The position numbers were made by a program, and so were the translations under genes. This document shows positions 31,785 through 41,731 of a DNA stretch of 64,000 nt, one piece after another. The notes beneath the pieces were generated by a model. It had not been told where the DNA came from, made no database searches, and saw only the letters and a program-made list of their open reading frames with translations. The DNA comes from Chloroflexota bacterium. Lineage in GTDB: Bacteria > Chloroflexota > Dehalococcoidia > UBA2979. How positions within the stretch are numbered: position 1 is the stretch's first letter; each line of letters starts with the position of its first letter. The stretch lies in NCBI GenBank assembly GCA_002716405.1, contig PBBA01000006.1, positions 477,479-541,478 of the forward strand, written 5' to 3'.

Positions 31785-32765
31785 CTAAGAAATTTCATAT
31801 CGTGGTGGTTCTATCCATTGTTCACCTTCAGGATTTTCTTGTGCACGAAGTTCTTTACGTCTACGCGAAGTTTCTAGACGTTTAGCTTTTCTAATAATTA
31901 AGTCTTCTTCACGTAGGTGTTCTATATCACGCTGAATTTTATTTTTACTTTTGGCGCGACGAGGTTTACCTTCGTGCACGATGACTCTTTGCTCATCTTT
32001 TAACTGTGTAAGATGGCTTCGTACATTTCCATCAGCTGCTCTACGTAATCGTGTATCGATATCAGGATAAAGTTCTAGCATTATTTCCCAGCTTGTGAGT
32101 TGCTTTTTACTATCAAGTACCTTTAGGATTTGTTGCTCTCGGAGATTTCGGTGGTCTATATATTGCTGTATACGCTCTCTTGGGTTATGAATAATTTTCC
32201 CATGACCAGGACAAATTACTTTCAAGTTAGGTAACTCAAGCAGTCGTTGTAAGCTTTTACGATAATGTCCTAGATTCCATACGGTTGTGGTTGAGGAGCC
32301 TAGTAATGTGTCTCCAGTGAATAATACCCCTTCATCTTCTAGGTAATAACATAATGAGTCCACACTATGTCCAGGTGTTTTTAGTATTTGTACTTTGACT
32401 CCAGAACCTAGTTCAAGATTTTCATTATCATGCAGTAATTTTACATCTCGAGGAATACGACCTTTCAAAAGGTTACGTCCGCCATTTGGGATTGCAATTT
32501 CTGCATTTAAGTGTTGTTTAGCCCATTTTAAATTGCCTGAGTGATCAGAATGATGATGAGTTATTGCAGCCATACCTATTTCTTCATTTTCAATGGCAGC
32601 CAAATAGCCTTTTAGGAACCATCGGTACCTGTCAATTTCTTCACCAGAATCGATAGTAAGTGATTGTTTTCCTTTTGGTCCTACTAAGTATATTGAAGTG
32701 TAATCTGGGTGCATTGGGTTGTCATCAGGTACCATTGCAGCTCTTACTGAAGGGCTAATTTCCAT
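31785..32765 (-). CDS. MBL-fold metallo-hydrolase with C-terminal winged-helix-like region and basic tail
   Basis: THHHSDHSGN (HxHxDH), TPGHSVDS, and a C-terminal K/R-rich region of about 70 aa. Confidence 0.75.
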   Translation of the reverse strand: MEISPSVRAAMVPDDNPMHPDYTSIYLVGPKGKQSLTIDSGEEIDRYRWFLKGYLAAIENEEIGMAAITHHHSDHSGNLKWAKQHLNAEIAIPNGGRNLLKGRIPRDVKLLHDNENLELGSGVKVQILKTPGHSVDSLCYYLEDEGVLFTGDTLLGSSTTTVWNLGHYRKSLQRLLELPNLKVICPGHGKIIHNPRERIQQYIDHRNLREQQILKVLDSKKQLTSWEIMLELYPDIDTRLRRAADGNVRSHLTQLKDEQRVIVHEGKPRRAKSKNKIQRDIEHLREEDLIIRKAKRLETSRRRKELRAQENPEGEQWIEPPRYEIS

Positions 32766-32819
32766 TTATTACCTACTTAAAAATTTATAAATCCTATTTC
32801 ATCTTTAGCAATCAAATTA

Positions 32820-33800
32820 TCAACTGTCTACATATTTATTATGCGATATATTACTGTGTTTATTATTTGAAATTGGATGATCTCCGAGACCAATATAATT
32901 TTTATAAAGCCAAATTAATTCTTCTTTTGCTAGATCATCTATTAGTTTATTTAGTTTTACTTGGGTATCTAAATCTTTAGATAAAGATTCGATTAAATTT
33001 TCTCGATTGAAATTTTCAAAACCACTATTTTTTTCACGTAAAATTTTTAAAATTTTTCCTCTCCAATATCTATTGGAATTTTTAAAGGTTTTGCTTTTTT
33101 TTGTGGGTAATAATGTAACCCCTGAATCTAATTTTGGACGTGCAAGGCAGATTTTTTTTAAAATACAGATATTACATTTTGGTTTTGCTGTACAAATTGT
33201 TGCACCAAAGTCCATTAGGGTAGGGTTCCAAATATGTGCTTTTTTTGTTGGTAGTAATTGAGTTGCTATGGCTTGGATTAATTTGGGATCTGATTCATTA
33301 ATAGGCTGAAGATCTCCACAAAATAATCTTCCGTATATCCGCGTAATGTTTGTATCAATGGCAGTTTTGTCCATGCCGTATCCAAATATTTGAATGATTG
33401 CGGTAGTGAAAGGACCAACACCTGGTAACTGGATAAGTGATTCTTCATCACAAGGTATAATGCCCGCATGATCATTTATACAAATCTGTAATGTTTTATG
33501 TAAGTTCACTGCCCTTCTTGGATATCCAGCATTACCCCAAACGGTAAGTACTTCAGCTCTTGAAGCATTTGCAGCTTTTGCGATAGTTGGAAAAGCAACG
33601 ATCCAACGGTCGAATATTTCGAGGATTCTAGACATTTGAGTTTGTTGTGCACAAACACCGGCAACAAGTGCATAGTAAGGATTAAGGTTGTCTTGCCAAG
33701 GGAAAGGAGTTTGATATTCTTGTGCCCATTCCATTAATAGTTTTTGAATTAAACGGATATTTTTTTTTGGAATTTTTTCAACTTCAGATTGCAAATTCAA
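32820..33800 (-). CDS. MutY/Nth-family DNA glycosylase (HhH-GPD with 4Fe-4S cluster loop)
   Basis: LPGVGPFTTAIIQIF helix-hairpin-helix and the CTAKPKCNICILKKIC cluster. Confidence 0.75.
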   Translation of the reverse strand: MNLQSEVEKIPKKNIRLIQKLLMEWAQEYQTPFPWQDNLNPYYALVAGVCAQQTQMSRILEIFDRWIVAFPTIAKAANASRAEVLTVWGNAGYPRRAVNLHKTLQICINDHAGIIPCDEESLIQLPGVGPFTTAIIQIFGYGMDKTAIDTNITRIYGRLFCGDLQPINESDPKLIQAIATQLLPTKKAHIWNPTLMDFGATICTAKPKCNICILKKICLARPKLDSGVTLLPTKKSKTFKNSNRYWRGKILKILREKNSGFENFNRENLIESLSKDLDTQVKLNKLIDDLAKEELIWLYKNYIGLGDHPISNNKHSNISHNKYVDS

Positions 33801-33991
33801 AAAATTATCTCCCTTTTTGGATAATTGTTTTCTAAGTATAGTCTAGAAAATCTAAAGTATATGATTTCTAAGACGACGACACAGCTAGCTCATGAGATAA
33901 TAATTTTATTCGACAGGTAAAAACAATTATCTAAGACGATATAATCCTAATTAAAGTGAACAATATATGAATTCTAGAAAGAAAGTTTTTT

Positions 33992-35314
33992 ATGACTATT
34001 GATAATCTTTCCCATGTTTTGCCCTTATCGGCAGACTCTACTGATCAAGGCCTCTTGCAGATTGGTGGATGTGATGTGAAAAGCCTTGCGAATCAATACG
34101 GGACCCCTTTATACATTTACGATGTTCAATCGATTAGAGAGTTAGCTATGAATTGGGTTCAAGCATTTGCTGATGCCTATCCTGATAGTGAAGTTTTATA
34201 TGCCTCAAAGGCATATATTAGTCGTCCTTTTGCACGATTACTTTCAGAATTGGATTTAAGTTTCGATGCAGTTTCTGAAGGAGAAATTGAAGTTTTATCT
34301 GCTGCAAATGTAGATCTTTCACGAGTTTATTTTCATGGAAACAATAAAACGCCACCTGAAATTTATCGTTCAATGCAATTGGGTGTAGGGAGAATTGTAC
34401 TTGACGGTTTTGATGAAATAGATACTGTTGCACAAATCGCTGACGATTTGGGAATCACTCAACCAGTATTGTTAAGAGTTTCTCCGGGTGTAGATGCACA
34501 TACTCATGAAAAAACGACTACAGGCATATTGGATTCTAAATTTGGGTTACCAATTGAAACAGGCTTAGCTGAGCTTGCAATTTCCAAAATAATAGAAAAA
34601 CCTGCACTTTCATTTAGAGGTTTACATATGCATTTGGGTAGCCCTATTTTTGATCTAGAACCGTATAAGCTAGGTATTGAAGTGCTTGCTGAATTTATCG
34701 ATGAGATTTGTATAAAAAAATTGGGGGTTTCTGTTGAAGAATTTTCTCCTGGCGGAGGATTTGCTACAGCATATCGAGATTCAGACGATCCCCCAGCGCC
34801 AAAAGAATATGCAAAGATTATTTGTAAAACATTAATAGATGAAGCTGAAAAAAGAAATTTTTCTCTTCCGCACATTACCTTAGAACCTGGTAGATCTATA
34901 GCGGCAAGATCAGGTATTGCTGTCTACACAGTGGGGAATCGTAAAGAAGTTCCTGGAATCAGGACTTACGTGTCTGTCGATGGAGGGATGTCAGATAATA
35001 TTCGCCCGGCATTGTACGATTCAATTTATGAGGTAATTGCTGCAGAAAGGGTAAATGATCCAGTGGAGGAAAAAGTTACTATTGCAGGAAAATATTGTGA
35101 ATCTGGTGATTTGCTGGCTAAAGATGTGGATGTGCCTCGCTTAATTAGTGGTGAGTTGATTGCTATACCTTCATCAGGTGCGTATCAACTTGCGATGTCC
35201 TCAAATTACAATTTAGCATATCGTCCAGCAGTTATTTTGGTAGAAAATGGTCAGTCTCGTCTGATGCAAAGGCGAGAAAAAGCTGAAGATTTAATGAGAT
35301 TAGATATTGACTAA
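33992..35314 (+). CDS. lysA: diaminopimelate decarboxylase
   Basis: YASKAY (PLP Lys), EPGRSI, GKYCESGD. Confidence 0.92.
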   Translation: MTIDNLSHVLPLSADSTDQGLLQIGGCDVKSLANQYGTPLYIYDVQSIRELAMNWVQAFADAYPDSEVLYASKAYISRPFARLLSELDLSFDAVSEGEIEVLSAANVDLSRVYFHGNNKTPPEIYRSMQLGVGRIVLDGFDEIDTVAQIADDLGITQPVLLRVSPGVDAHTHEKTTTGILDSKFGLPIETGLAELAISKIIEKPALSFRGLHMHLGSPIFDLEPYKLGIEVLAEFIDEICIKKLGVSVEEFSPGGGFATAYRDSDDPPAPKEYAKIICKTLIDEAEKRNFSLPHITLEPGRSIAARSGIAVYTVGNRKEVPGIRTYVSVDGGMSDNIRPALYDSIYEVIAAERVNDPVEEKVTIAGKYCESGDLLAKDVDVPRLISGELIAIPSSGAYQLAMSSNYNLAYRPAVILVENGQSRLMQRREKAEDLMRLDID

Positions 35315-36353
35315 TATAGTAGGTAACGAATTTGATTGGCGTTTAGAAGGTTTAGACTTTGCTACTAATATACTTTCTCGTGTGATTAATCATAAAAGCT
35401 TAGGGCATGCATACTTGTTTCATGGACCCAAAAGTGTTGGCAAATTTTCTTTAGCTAGTCGTTTCGCTCAAATATTGGTCACACAAGATTTATATGATGG
35501 CAGAATTAATCTCGATAGCCCTGAAGCAATTGCAATTGAACGCGGTGAATTTCCCGATGTCGAAACTATTTCTGCTGGGGGTATTTGTGATGACTCTAAG
35601 GATGATGATGTTCGTTCTACACGTATAAGAATATGTCAAATTAGACGACTACAACGATTGGCGATGCTTGCCCCATTTCAAGCTAAGAGAAGGATTTTTA
35701 TTATTGACATAGTTGATGATTTACAAGTCGAAGCATCACATGCATTACTTAAGATGTTAGAGGAACCACCTCCTAATGTTTTGTTATTCCTACTCGTGCA
35801 AGATATTGATGCAATTTTGCCTACTATAATATCACGGTGCCAAATTTTACCGATTAACCCTATGCCAAAGAATAAGCTCATTGAAATTTTAGAACGTCAA
35901 TTTGAAACTGATGAAATTACTGCAGAGCAAATTGCAACTTTTTCACGAGGATGTTTTGGACGTGCAATGGATATGCTGAATGATCCATCAGTCATGATGC
36001 TCCAAAAATCTGTACGTTCAGATATAGAAGATTTACTTAATGCTGGGATTAATCAAAGAATGGACTATGCGCAGTCATTAGCAAGTAATTGGCGGCAAGG
36101 ACGCGACAGTGTATTGGCTACAATCCGAATTTGGATGGAATGGTGGTCTGATCAATTATATTTCCTTACTAAATCTGAAAAAAATGAAGCTTCATTCGAT
36201 TTAAAAGTAGAAGATATTCTTACCGCCTTGCGCGCGATTGATCGAACATATGAACACTTGGTTCTTAATGTTAATCCTCAGTTGGCGATAGAGGTTATGA
36301 TGTTAGAAATCCCATCAGTACCCTTTGCTAAACAAGGTAATATTCATGGATAA
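35307..36353 (+). CDS. holB: DNA polymerase III delta' subunit
   Basis: HAYLFHGPKSVGK and LLKMLEEPPPNV motifs. Confidence 0.8.
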   Translation: MTNIVGNEFDWRLEGLDFATNILSRVINHKSLGHAYLFHGPKSVGKFSLASRFAQILVTQDLYDGRINLDSPEAIAIERGEFPDVETISAGGICDDSKDDDVRSTRIRICQIRRLQRLAMLAPFQAKRRIFIIDIVDDLQVEASHALLKMLEEPPPNVLLFLLVQDIDAILPTIISRCQILPINPMPKNKLIEILERQFETDEITAEQIATFSRGCFGRAMDMLNDPSVMMLQKSVRSDIEDLLNAGINQRMDYAQSLASNWRQGRDSVLATIRIWMEWWSDQLYFLTKSEKNEASFDLKVEDILTALRAIDRTYEHLVLNVNPQLAIEVMMLEIPSVPFAKQGNIHG

Positions 36354-37364
36354 AGTTATTGGAGTAAGGTTTACAACTGCCGGCCCTATAGATTATTGCC
36401 AATCTAGTGATTTAGATTTTGGCATGGGTGATTACATAATTGTACGAAAAAAAGACAGTGAATATTTAGGTTGGATTGTTCTTCTCAACGAACAAATCAA
36501 CGTTTCCTTAATTGAACAAGAATTTTTGCAAGTCGAAAGATTTGCTACAGAAGATGATATAGAAAATTGGCGTAAACAAAAAAAAGAGGCGAAGAAGATA
36601 TTGTTCGTGCACAAAATTTACTGATAAAAGCAAACTCCGGAGTGCGTATTGCTGCTATTGATTACGATCTTTCTGGAGATAATTGTACAGTGAGTGTTGT
36701 GAATCTTGATGGTGTTGATATAGAAATACTACCAATTGATTTGGGAGCTCTTTTAATTTCTAACATAGAAATTTTGGAAGTTAATCAAAGGGAGCGCGCT
36801 AAAGCTATGGGTGCTGGTGTCATGGGTCTCTGTGGTAGAGATTTATGCTGCACGAGTTGGATGAATCAATTTCCTACGGTCTCAATACGTATGGCTAAAG
36901 AACAGGGATTATCCCCTGATCCATCGAGGATCTCTGGTCTTTGTGGGCGTTTACTATGCTGTTTAACCTTTGAAGTAGATGAATATAGGCAATTGCGTGG
37001 TGTTTTGCCTGAAGTTGGTGAAGTTGTAACTACGCCTGTAGGACGTGCCAGGGTTGATAAAATTGATATACCTAATAATAATGTGCAGATGGAATTAGAG
37101 CTTTCAGGCCAAATTATTAACATGGCAGTCGACGAAATTTCACAACAATACGGAACTATGATCAGGCCAGAAAAATTAGATGAAGTAGTTGAGAAACCTG
37201 CTCGAGAATCAGCAATAAAATTAAAAGAGTCAACTATTGCTATTTTGGAACCTGTTGACTATTCTCCCAACTCAGAAATATCAAACTCTTCAAAAAAAAA
37301 TGAAAAGACAAATCTAAAAAGAAGAAGAGGAAAACGTGGTGGAAAGCGGAATCAAAAAAATTAG
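36346..37364 (+). CDS. ricT: PSP1/RicT (YaaT) family protein, interrupted by a -1 frame change in an A8 run (36578-36585)
   Basis: The N-terminal piece (MDKVIGVRF...) and C-terminal piece (CGRDLCC, ISGLCGRLLCCLTFE) together align to a single YaaT-type protein. The -1 frame is open from 36576. Confidence 0.75.
36579..36585 (+). promoter_or_regulatory. A_AAA_AAA slippery heptamer at the ricT frame junction
   Basis: In the zero frame this reads caA AAA AAA Gag, an X_XXY_YYZ-type heptamer lying exactly inside the only window where the frames can be joined. Confidence 0.35.
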
Positions 37365-37378
37365 AATTTGGAGTAGAG

Positions 37379-38215
37379 ATGAATATTAATCCTGACCCAA
37401 TTGCCGAAGGCGAATGGATTGTAGAAAATTTGGACGATCCTGAGACTATTTTTGTTCAAGTTGAAGCAGAGAGGTCTATATATGATATTGCTCATTTGCC
37501 CCGAGCAGTTTTTGCTGAAGGTTATAAAGACTTTACCACCGAGAAAAATGGTGTTCGGGCCTTAATTCCTGACATTTCAACCTTAGAAATGACACTGAGT
37601 AATTTTGGTATAGACAATTCTAAAAGGGTAATATTTTATTCGGCTGAAAAATCTATGTGGCCTTGTCGTGCCTATTGGGTTCTTCGATATTATGGCTTTA
37701 AAAATGTACAAATTGCAGATCGATCTCTAGCTGGATTAAATAAATTGGGCATTAAAACTACGAATGAAATTGATTTTACTGACTGGTCTGCTGTTGAGTT
37801 AAGTTTGGCTGATGAGTCTATTATTTCTACTGCTGATGAAGTTTTAGCTGTCTCTCAAGGTCAAATGGAGGGAAAGATTTTAGACTGTCGCTCACATTCT
37901 GAATGGTTAGGTTTAGATACCGGTTCACATTCTGCACCTCGGAAGGGGCGCATTCCTGGTGCATTACATTTAGATTGGGAAGAGTTAATGAATTCTGACG
38001 GTCAATTTTATGATATTGAAACTCTCAAGCAGTTGTATTTAGATGTAGGAATTGATGGTGGTACTCCTATATTCCCATACTGTGGAGGTGGGATCCGTTC
38101 GGCTGTTAGCTGGTTTGTTATGTATGAACTATTGTGTTGGGAATCGGCACGCAATTATGATGGTTCTTGGGCCGAGTGGTCTTATCACGATAGACTACCA
38201 ATAGAAATTCAATAA
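37379..38215 (+). CDS. thiosulfate/3-mercaptopyruvate sulfurtransferase (tandem rhodanese domains)
   Basis: Two rhodanese-like halves; active-site loop CGGGIRS. Confidence 0.85.
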   Translation: MNINPDPIAEGEWIVENLDDPETIFVQVEAERSIYDIAHLPRAVFAEGYKDFTTEKNGVRALIPDISTLEMTLSNFGIDNSKRVIFYSAEKSMWPCRAYWVLRYYGFKNVQIADRSLAGLNKLGIKTTNEIDFTDWSAVELSLADESIISTADEVLAVSQGQMEGKILDCRSHSEWLGLDTGSHSAPRKGRIPGALHLDWEELMNSDGQFYDIETLKQLYLDVGIDGGTPIFPYCGGGIRSAVSWFVMYELLCWESARNYDGSWAEWSYHDRLPIEIQ

Positions 38216-38228
38216 CTTTGAGGTCGGA

Positions 38229-39059
38229 ATGGAAAACTTATTTGGTCGTGTAGCAGTAGTTACCGGTGGTGGTGATGGGATAGGCAGAGGAATTGCACAT
38301 GCTTTAGCGAGAGCAGGTGTCAAAGTTGCTGTTTGTGATATAGATATTCAAGCTGCTGAACGAGTTGCACTTGAATTAAGGTTGTCAGGCAGAGAGTCGC
38401 ATGCGTATAGCGTTAATGTTGCTAATGCTGAATCTATGTTTGCGCTCAGTCAACAGGTTGAAGAGCAAATGGGTCCAGTTACTATATTGTGTAATAATGC
38501 TGGTGTGATGCTAGCGGGATCGATTGTCGATGCTTCTAAATCCGATTGGGATTGGATTTTTGATGTTAATTTGTATGGCGTTATTAATGGAGTGAATGCA
38601 TTTGTTCCATGCATTAAAAAAAATGGTGGTGGACATATTGTGAATACGGCATCGATGGCAGGATTGACCCTCCCTCTGCAACCTAGTTCAGGAATTTATA
38701 GTAGTTCTAAAGCTGCTGTTGTGAGTTATTCAGAAAATTTATCTTCTGAATTAACTGGTGATGGAATTGATGTTTCAGTCTTGTGTCCGTCACGCGTTAA
38801 CACTCGTATTTGGGAAGCAAATAGAAATCGCCCAGAATCTTATGGGCAAGGTAACGCAGTAACGAAACCTGAAGAAGCGGTAGATGATATTGATGGTATG
38901 GACGTAGGACCAATAGTGGTTAGGAGCATTTTACAGTCAAGATTTTATATTTTTACTGGTGATGATGTTCGTGTACGTATTGAAAAGAAAAATGAACAGC
39001 TAATGCGCGATATAAAACTTCATGAAGATGATTTAGAGCCTGGTTCTGTTTGGCATTAA
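38229..39059 (+). CDS. short-chain dehydrogenase/reductase
   Basis: TGGGDGIGRG, NNAG and YSSSK motifs. Confidence 0.85.
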   Translation: MENLFGRVAVVTGGGDGIGRGIAHALARAGVKVAVCDIDIQAAERVALELRLSGRESHAYSVNVANAESMFALSQQVEEQMGPVTILCNNAGVMLAGSIVDASKSDWDWIFDVNLYGVINGVNAFVPCIKKNGGGHIVNTASMAGLTLPLQPSSGIYSSSKAAVVSYSENLSSELTGDGIDVSVLCPSRVNTRIWEANRNRPESYGQGNAVTKPEEAVDDIDGMDVGPIVVRSILQSRFYIFTGDDVRVRIEKKNEQLMRDIKLHEDDLEPGSVWH

Positions 39060-39074
39060 AATTGATCAAATTTT

Positions 39075-39554
39075 CTAATTATTAGTTACTATTTGTTCTA
39101 TTTGATCAATATGGTCGTTTAAGTGTTCAATATGTGAACGTAGTTGTTGCCGTAGTGATCTTCGACCATAGTTGCCAATTGAACCAGGGCGTCCCCACTG
39201 TGCATCTGGGGTGTGAGAGAGTAATTTAATTGTATTTGAAAGTTCGTTACGTAGGTCTTGGAGAAGTTGATTACTGTTGGCTTGTGTATTTTGTTCTGAC
39301 TCCTCATCCCATTCGCGTCGTGTGGGATCGGTCATCCAGGCCATTTGGTTAATAAATTCCCCATTATGCTTTGCATAGCTAATCATATGGTTAAGAATTC
39401 TTGCAGGAGACCATTCAGGATCTCGTGATTGGCGAAATTCATTGTTATTTAACTGATTGAGAATGGTAGCAAGTCGGTCAGGTAAAGTAGCAAGTTCTTC
39501 TACCAAGGGCATATATTTTTCAGGGGCGCCAGTTACGAAGTCAATCCTTGACAT
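39075..39554 (-). CDS. DinB-family protein
   Basis: Four-helix-bundle-like with spaced His residues (ILNHM..., HIEHLNDH). The start overlaps the ridA stop in TAATG. Confidence 0.65.
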   Translation of the reverse strand: MSRIDFVTGAPEKYMPLVEELATLPDRLATILNQLNNNEFRQSRDPEWSPARILNHMISYAKHNGEFINQMAWMTDPTRREWDEESEQNTQANSNQLLQDLRNELSNTIKLLSHTPDAQWGRPGSIGNYGRRSLRQQLRSHIEHLNDHIDQIEQIVTNN

Positions 39555-40009
39555 TAAATTTTCTCCAACAATAGTTCAAATTCAACGGATGATCCTGCTG
39601 GTAATGATGCTACTCCAAAAGCAACGCGTGCGCCAACTCCATTGATATCCCCAAATAAATCTTTAAGTAGTTCACTCGCCCCATTTACAACAGCTGGATG
39701 TTCTTTATAGTCTGTGGTGGCTGAGACATACCCTACACTTTTAATCACTCGTAAATTTTCAAGAGAACCTAGTAATGTATTCACTGCTCCTAAAGCATTA
39801 ATTGCACAGATTCTTGCTGCCGCGTACCCTTCTTCAGTACTTACATTATCACCTAACTTTCCTGGGTTTAGTAATTTCCCACTTTGAACTGGTAATTGCC
39901 CTGAAACATAGATGTATTTTCCTGATTGAACTGCAGGTGAATAGACGCCACCCGCTTTCGGATTCGGAAGTTCAATATTTAGCTCTTGCAGACGTTCAAT
40001 AATTGTCAT
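39554..40009 (-). CDS. ridA: RidA/YjgF family reactive-intermediate deaminase
   Basis: YSPAVQSGKYIYVSGQLP and ARVAFGVASLP motifs. The ATG at 40009 (MTIIERL) is preferred; it overlaps the parB 3' end by 14 nt. Confidence 0.85.
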   Translation of the reverse strand: MTIIERLQELNIELPNPKAGGVYSPAVQSGKYIYVSGQLPVQSGKLLNPGKLGDNVSTEEGYAAARICAINALGAVNTLLGSLENLRVIKSVGYVSATTDYKEHPAVVNGASELLKDLFGDINGVGARVAFGVASLPAGSSVEFELLLEKI

Positions 40010-40946
40010 GATTTTCCTCTTCGATAAGACGTGAAAGAATCCCTTCGTACTCTTCCTCACTATAGAAATGAATAGTTAGAGTTCCCGATCCATCTTTGGC
40101 ACGTTGGACAGTCACTTTTGTACCAAATAATCGCTGTAATGTAACGCTGATATGTTTAATATCCGGCGGCATAGTTTCTAATTCTATTGAAGGATCTTTT
40201 GTTAAAGTATTTTCTATTTCAGTAGGATTTTTATGATCGCGTTGATTCTTAACAATATTTTCTGTCTGTCGAACATTTAAATTGCCATCGATTATTAAAT
40301 TAAGGACATTTATCATATCTTCATGGGTATCTAATCCTAGAAGCGCTCGTGCGTGTCCTTCGGTAATTTCAGCACTTGTTAGTGATTCCTGAATCGTGGC
40401 AGGTAATTCAAGCAATCTAAGAATGTTCGTAATTGTTGTTCGAGATTTACCGACACGGTCAGCAATTTCTTGCTGTGTGAGATTAAAATCATTTGCTAGC
40501 TTTCGATACGCGGTAGCTTCTTCTAACGCGCTTAAGTCAGCACGTTGAATATTTTCTATGAGAGCTAACTCTAATAGCTCTTGCGGATTGGTTTCTTTAA
40601 CTAATACAGGTATCTTTTCTAAATTTGCTATTTTAGCTGCACGCCATCTTCGTTCTCCTGCGATCAATTGGAAAGTACCATTTTTTTGATCAGATACTAG
40701 TAATGGCTGTAATATTCCATGTTCTTTTATTGAACTAGCTAATTCTGATATTTCTTGTTCGTTAAATTCTGTTCTTGGTTGATTAGGATTGGGTTTTATA
40801 TTGTCTGTGTTTACTGTCAAAATATTTAAATCAGAAGTACTTTCCTGATTGGTTTGCATTTTATCTTCAACGTAGTTTTCTTCATTCTGTTGACTATCTG
40901 GTATCAAGGCAGATAATCCACGTCCTAGTCCAGTTTTCCGTGACAT
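39996..40946 (-). CDS. parB: chromosome partitioning protein ParB
   Basis: MSRKTGLGRGLSALI, IENIQRADLS and an HTH segment. ATG at 40946 with AAGGAG 6 nt upstream. Confidence 0.9.
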   Translation of the reverse strand: MSRKTGLGRGLSALIPDSQQNEENYVEDKMQTNQESTSDLNILTVNTDNIKPNPNQPRTEFNEQEISELASSIKEHGILQPLLVSDQKNGTFQLIAGERRWRAAKIANLEKIPVLVKETNPQELLELALIENIQRADLSALEEATAYRKLANDFNLTQQEIADRVGKSRTTITNILRLLELPATIQESLTSAEITEGHARALLGLDTHEDMINVLNLIIDGNLNVRQTENIVKNQRDHKNPTEIENTLTKDPSIELETMPPDIKHISVTLQRLFGTKVTVQRAKDGSGTLTIHFYSEEEYEGILSRLIEEENHDNY

Positions 40947-40959
40947 TATAGTCTCCTTA

Positions 40960-41730
40960 TTAACTATGGTGTCCATTTGATAAATTTAGAAATTCTTCAG
41001 CAAGTTGGTTGTATGCTACTGCGCCTGCAGATTCAGGATCATAATCTAAAACAGATATTCCATGACTTGGTGCCTCGGAGAGTCTTATTGATCGGGGTAT
41101 TACTACATTAAATGTCTCGTTGAAATGTGCGCGTACTTCCAATTCAACATCTCGTGAGAGGTTTGTACGCGCATCATACATCGTAAGTAAAATGCCACAA
41201 ATTTTTAGTTTTGGGTTAAGATTTTTTTGTATTAATTCAACAGTATTAGATAGATGTTTTAATCCTTCTAATGCAAAATATTCACATTGAACAGGAATCA
41301 GCACGCTATCAGCTGCCGTAAGGGCATTTACTGTTAATAAACCTAAAGATGGTGGGCAATCAATAAAAATTAGATCATATTCTTCACGAAGGGATTCTAA
41401 AGTATTTTGCATCCGATATTCACGTGCCAGGTGTGATACAAGTTCTACTTCTACTCCTGCAAGTTCGGGTGCTGAAGGCACTATTGATACTCGTTCCATT
41501 GCGGTGCTCATTATACCGTTACGCAGTGAATAGTTATTTAGGAGCGAATCATAGAGTGCGCTATTGTTTGGTGAATTGAATCCAATCGCTGAAGATGCAT
41601 TAGACTGGGGATCAGCGTCAATAATGAGTACATTTTTATTCATCTTTCCTATTGCAGCAGCTAGCGAAACAGTTGTGGTTGTTTTTCCAACACCACCTTT
41701 TTGATTAGCGATTGCAATAATTTGACTCAA
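40960..41730 (-). CDS. parA: chromosome partitioning ATPase ParA/Soj
   Basis: IAIANQKGGVGKTTT deviant Walker A. The TTG at 41730 is preferred because AGGGAG lies 6 nt upstream, which removes the overlap with the upstream kinase. Confidence 0.9.
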   Translation of the reverse strand: MSQIIAIANQKGGVGKTTTTVSLAAAIGKMNKNVLIIDADPQSNASSAIGFNSPNNSALYDSLLNNYSLRNGIMSTAMERVSIVPSAPELAGVEVELVSHLAREYRMQNTLESLREEYDLIFIDCPPSLGLLTVNALTAADSVLIPVQCEYFALEGLKHLSNTVELIQKNLNPKLKICGILLTMYDARTNLSRDVELEVRAHFNETFNVVIPRSIRLSEAPSHGISVLDYDPESAGAVAYNQLAEEFLNLSNGHHS

Positions 41731-41731
41731 T

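Noticed and set aside
33801-33991. Lysine riboswitch (L-box) upstream of lysA
   Set aside because: The 190-nt region is very AT-rich with no recognisable conserved L-box helices or core. I noted only a TATAAT at 33940-33945 and a duplicated TCTAAGACGA.
36325-37364. Treating 36325..36624 and 36642..37364 as two independent genes
   Set aside because: Each piece corresponds to one half of a single PSP1/YaaT-type protein. The second frame is open back into the A8 run, so one frame-shifted gene is the better description.
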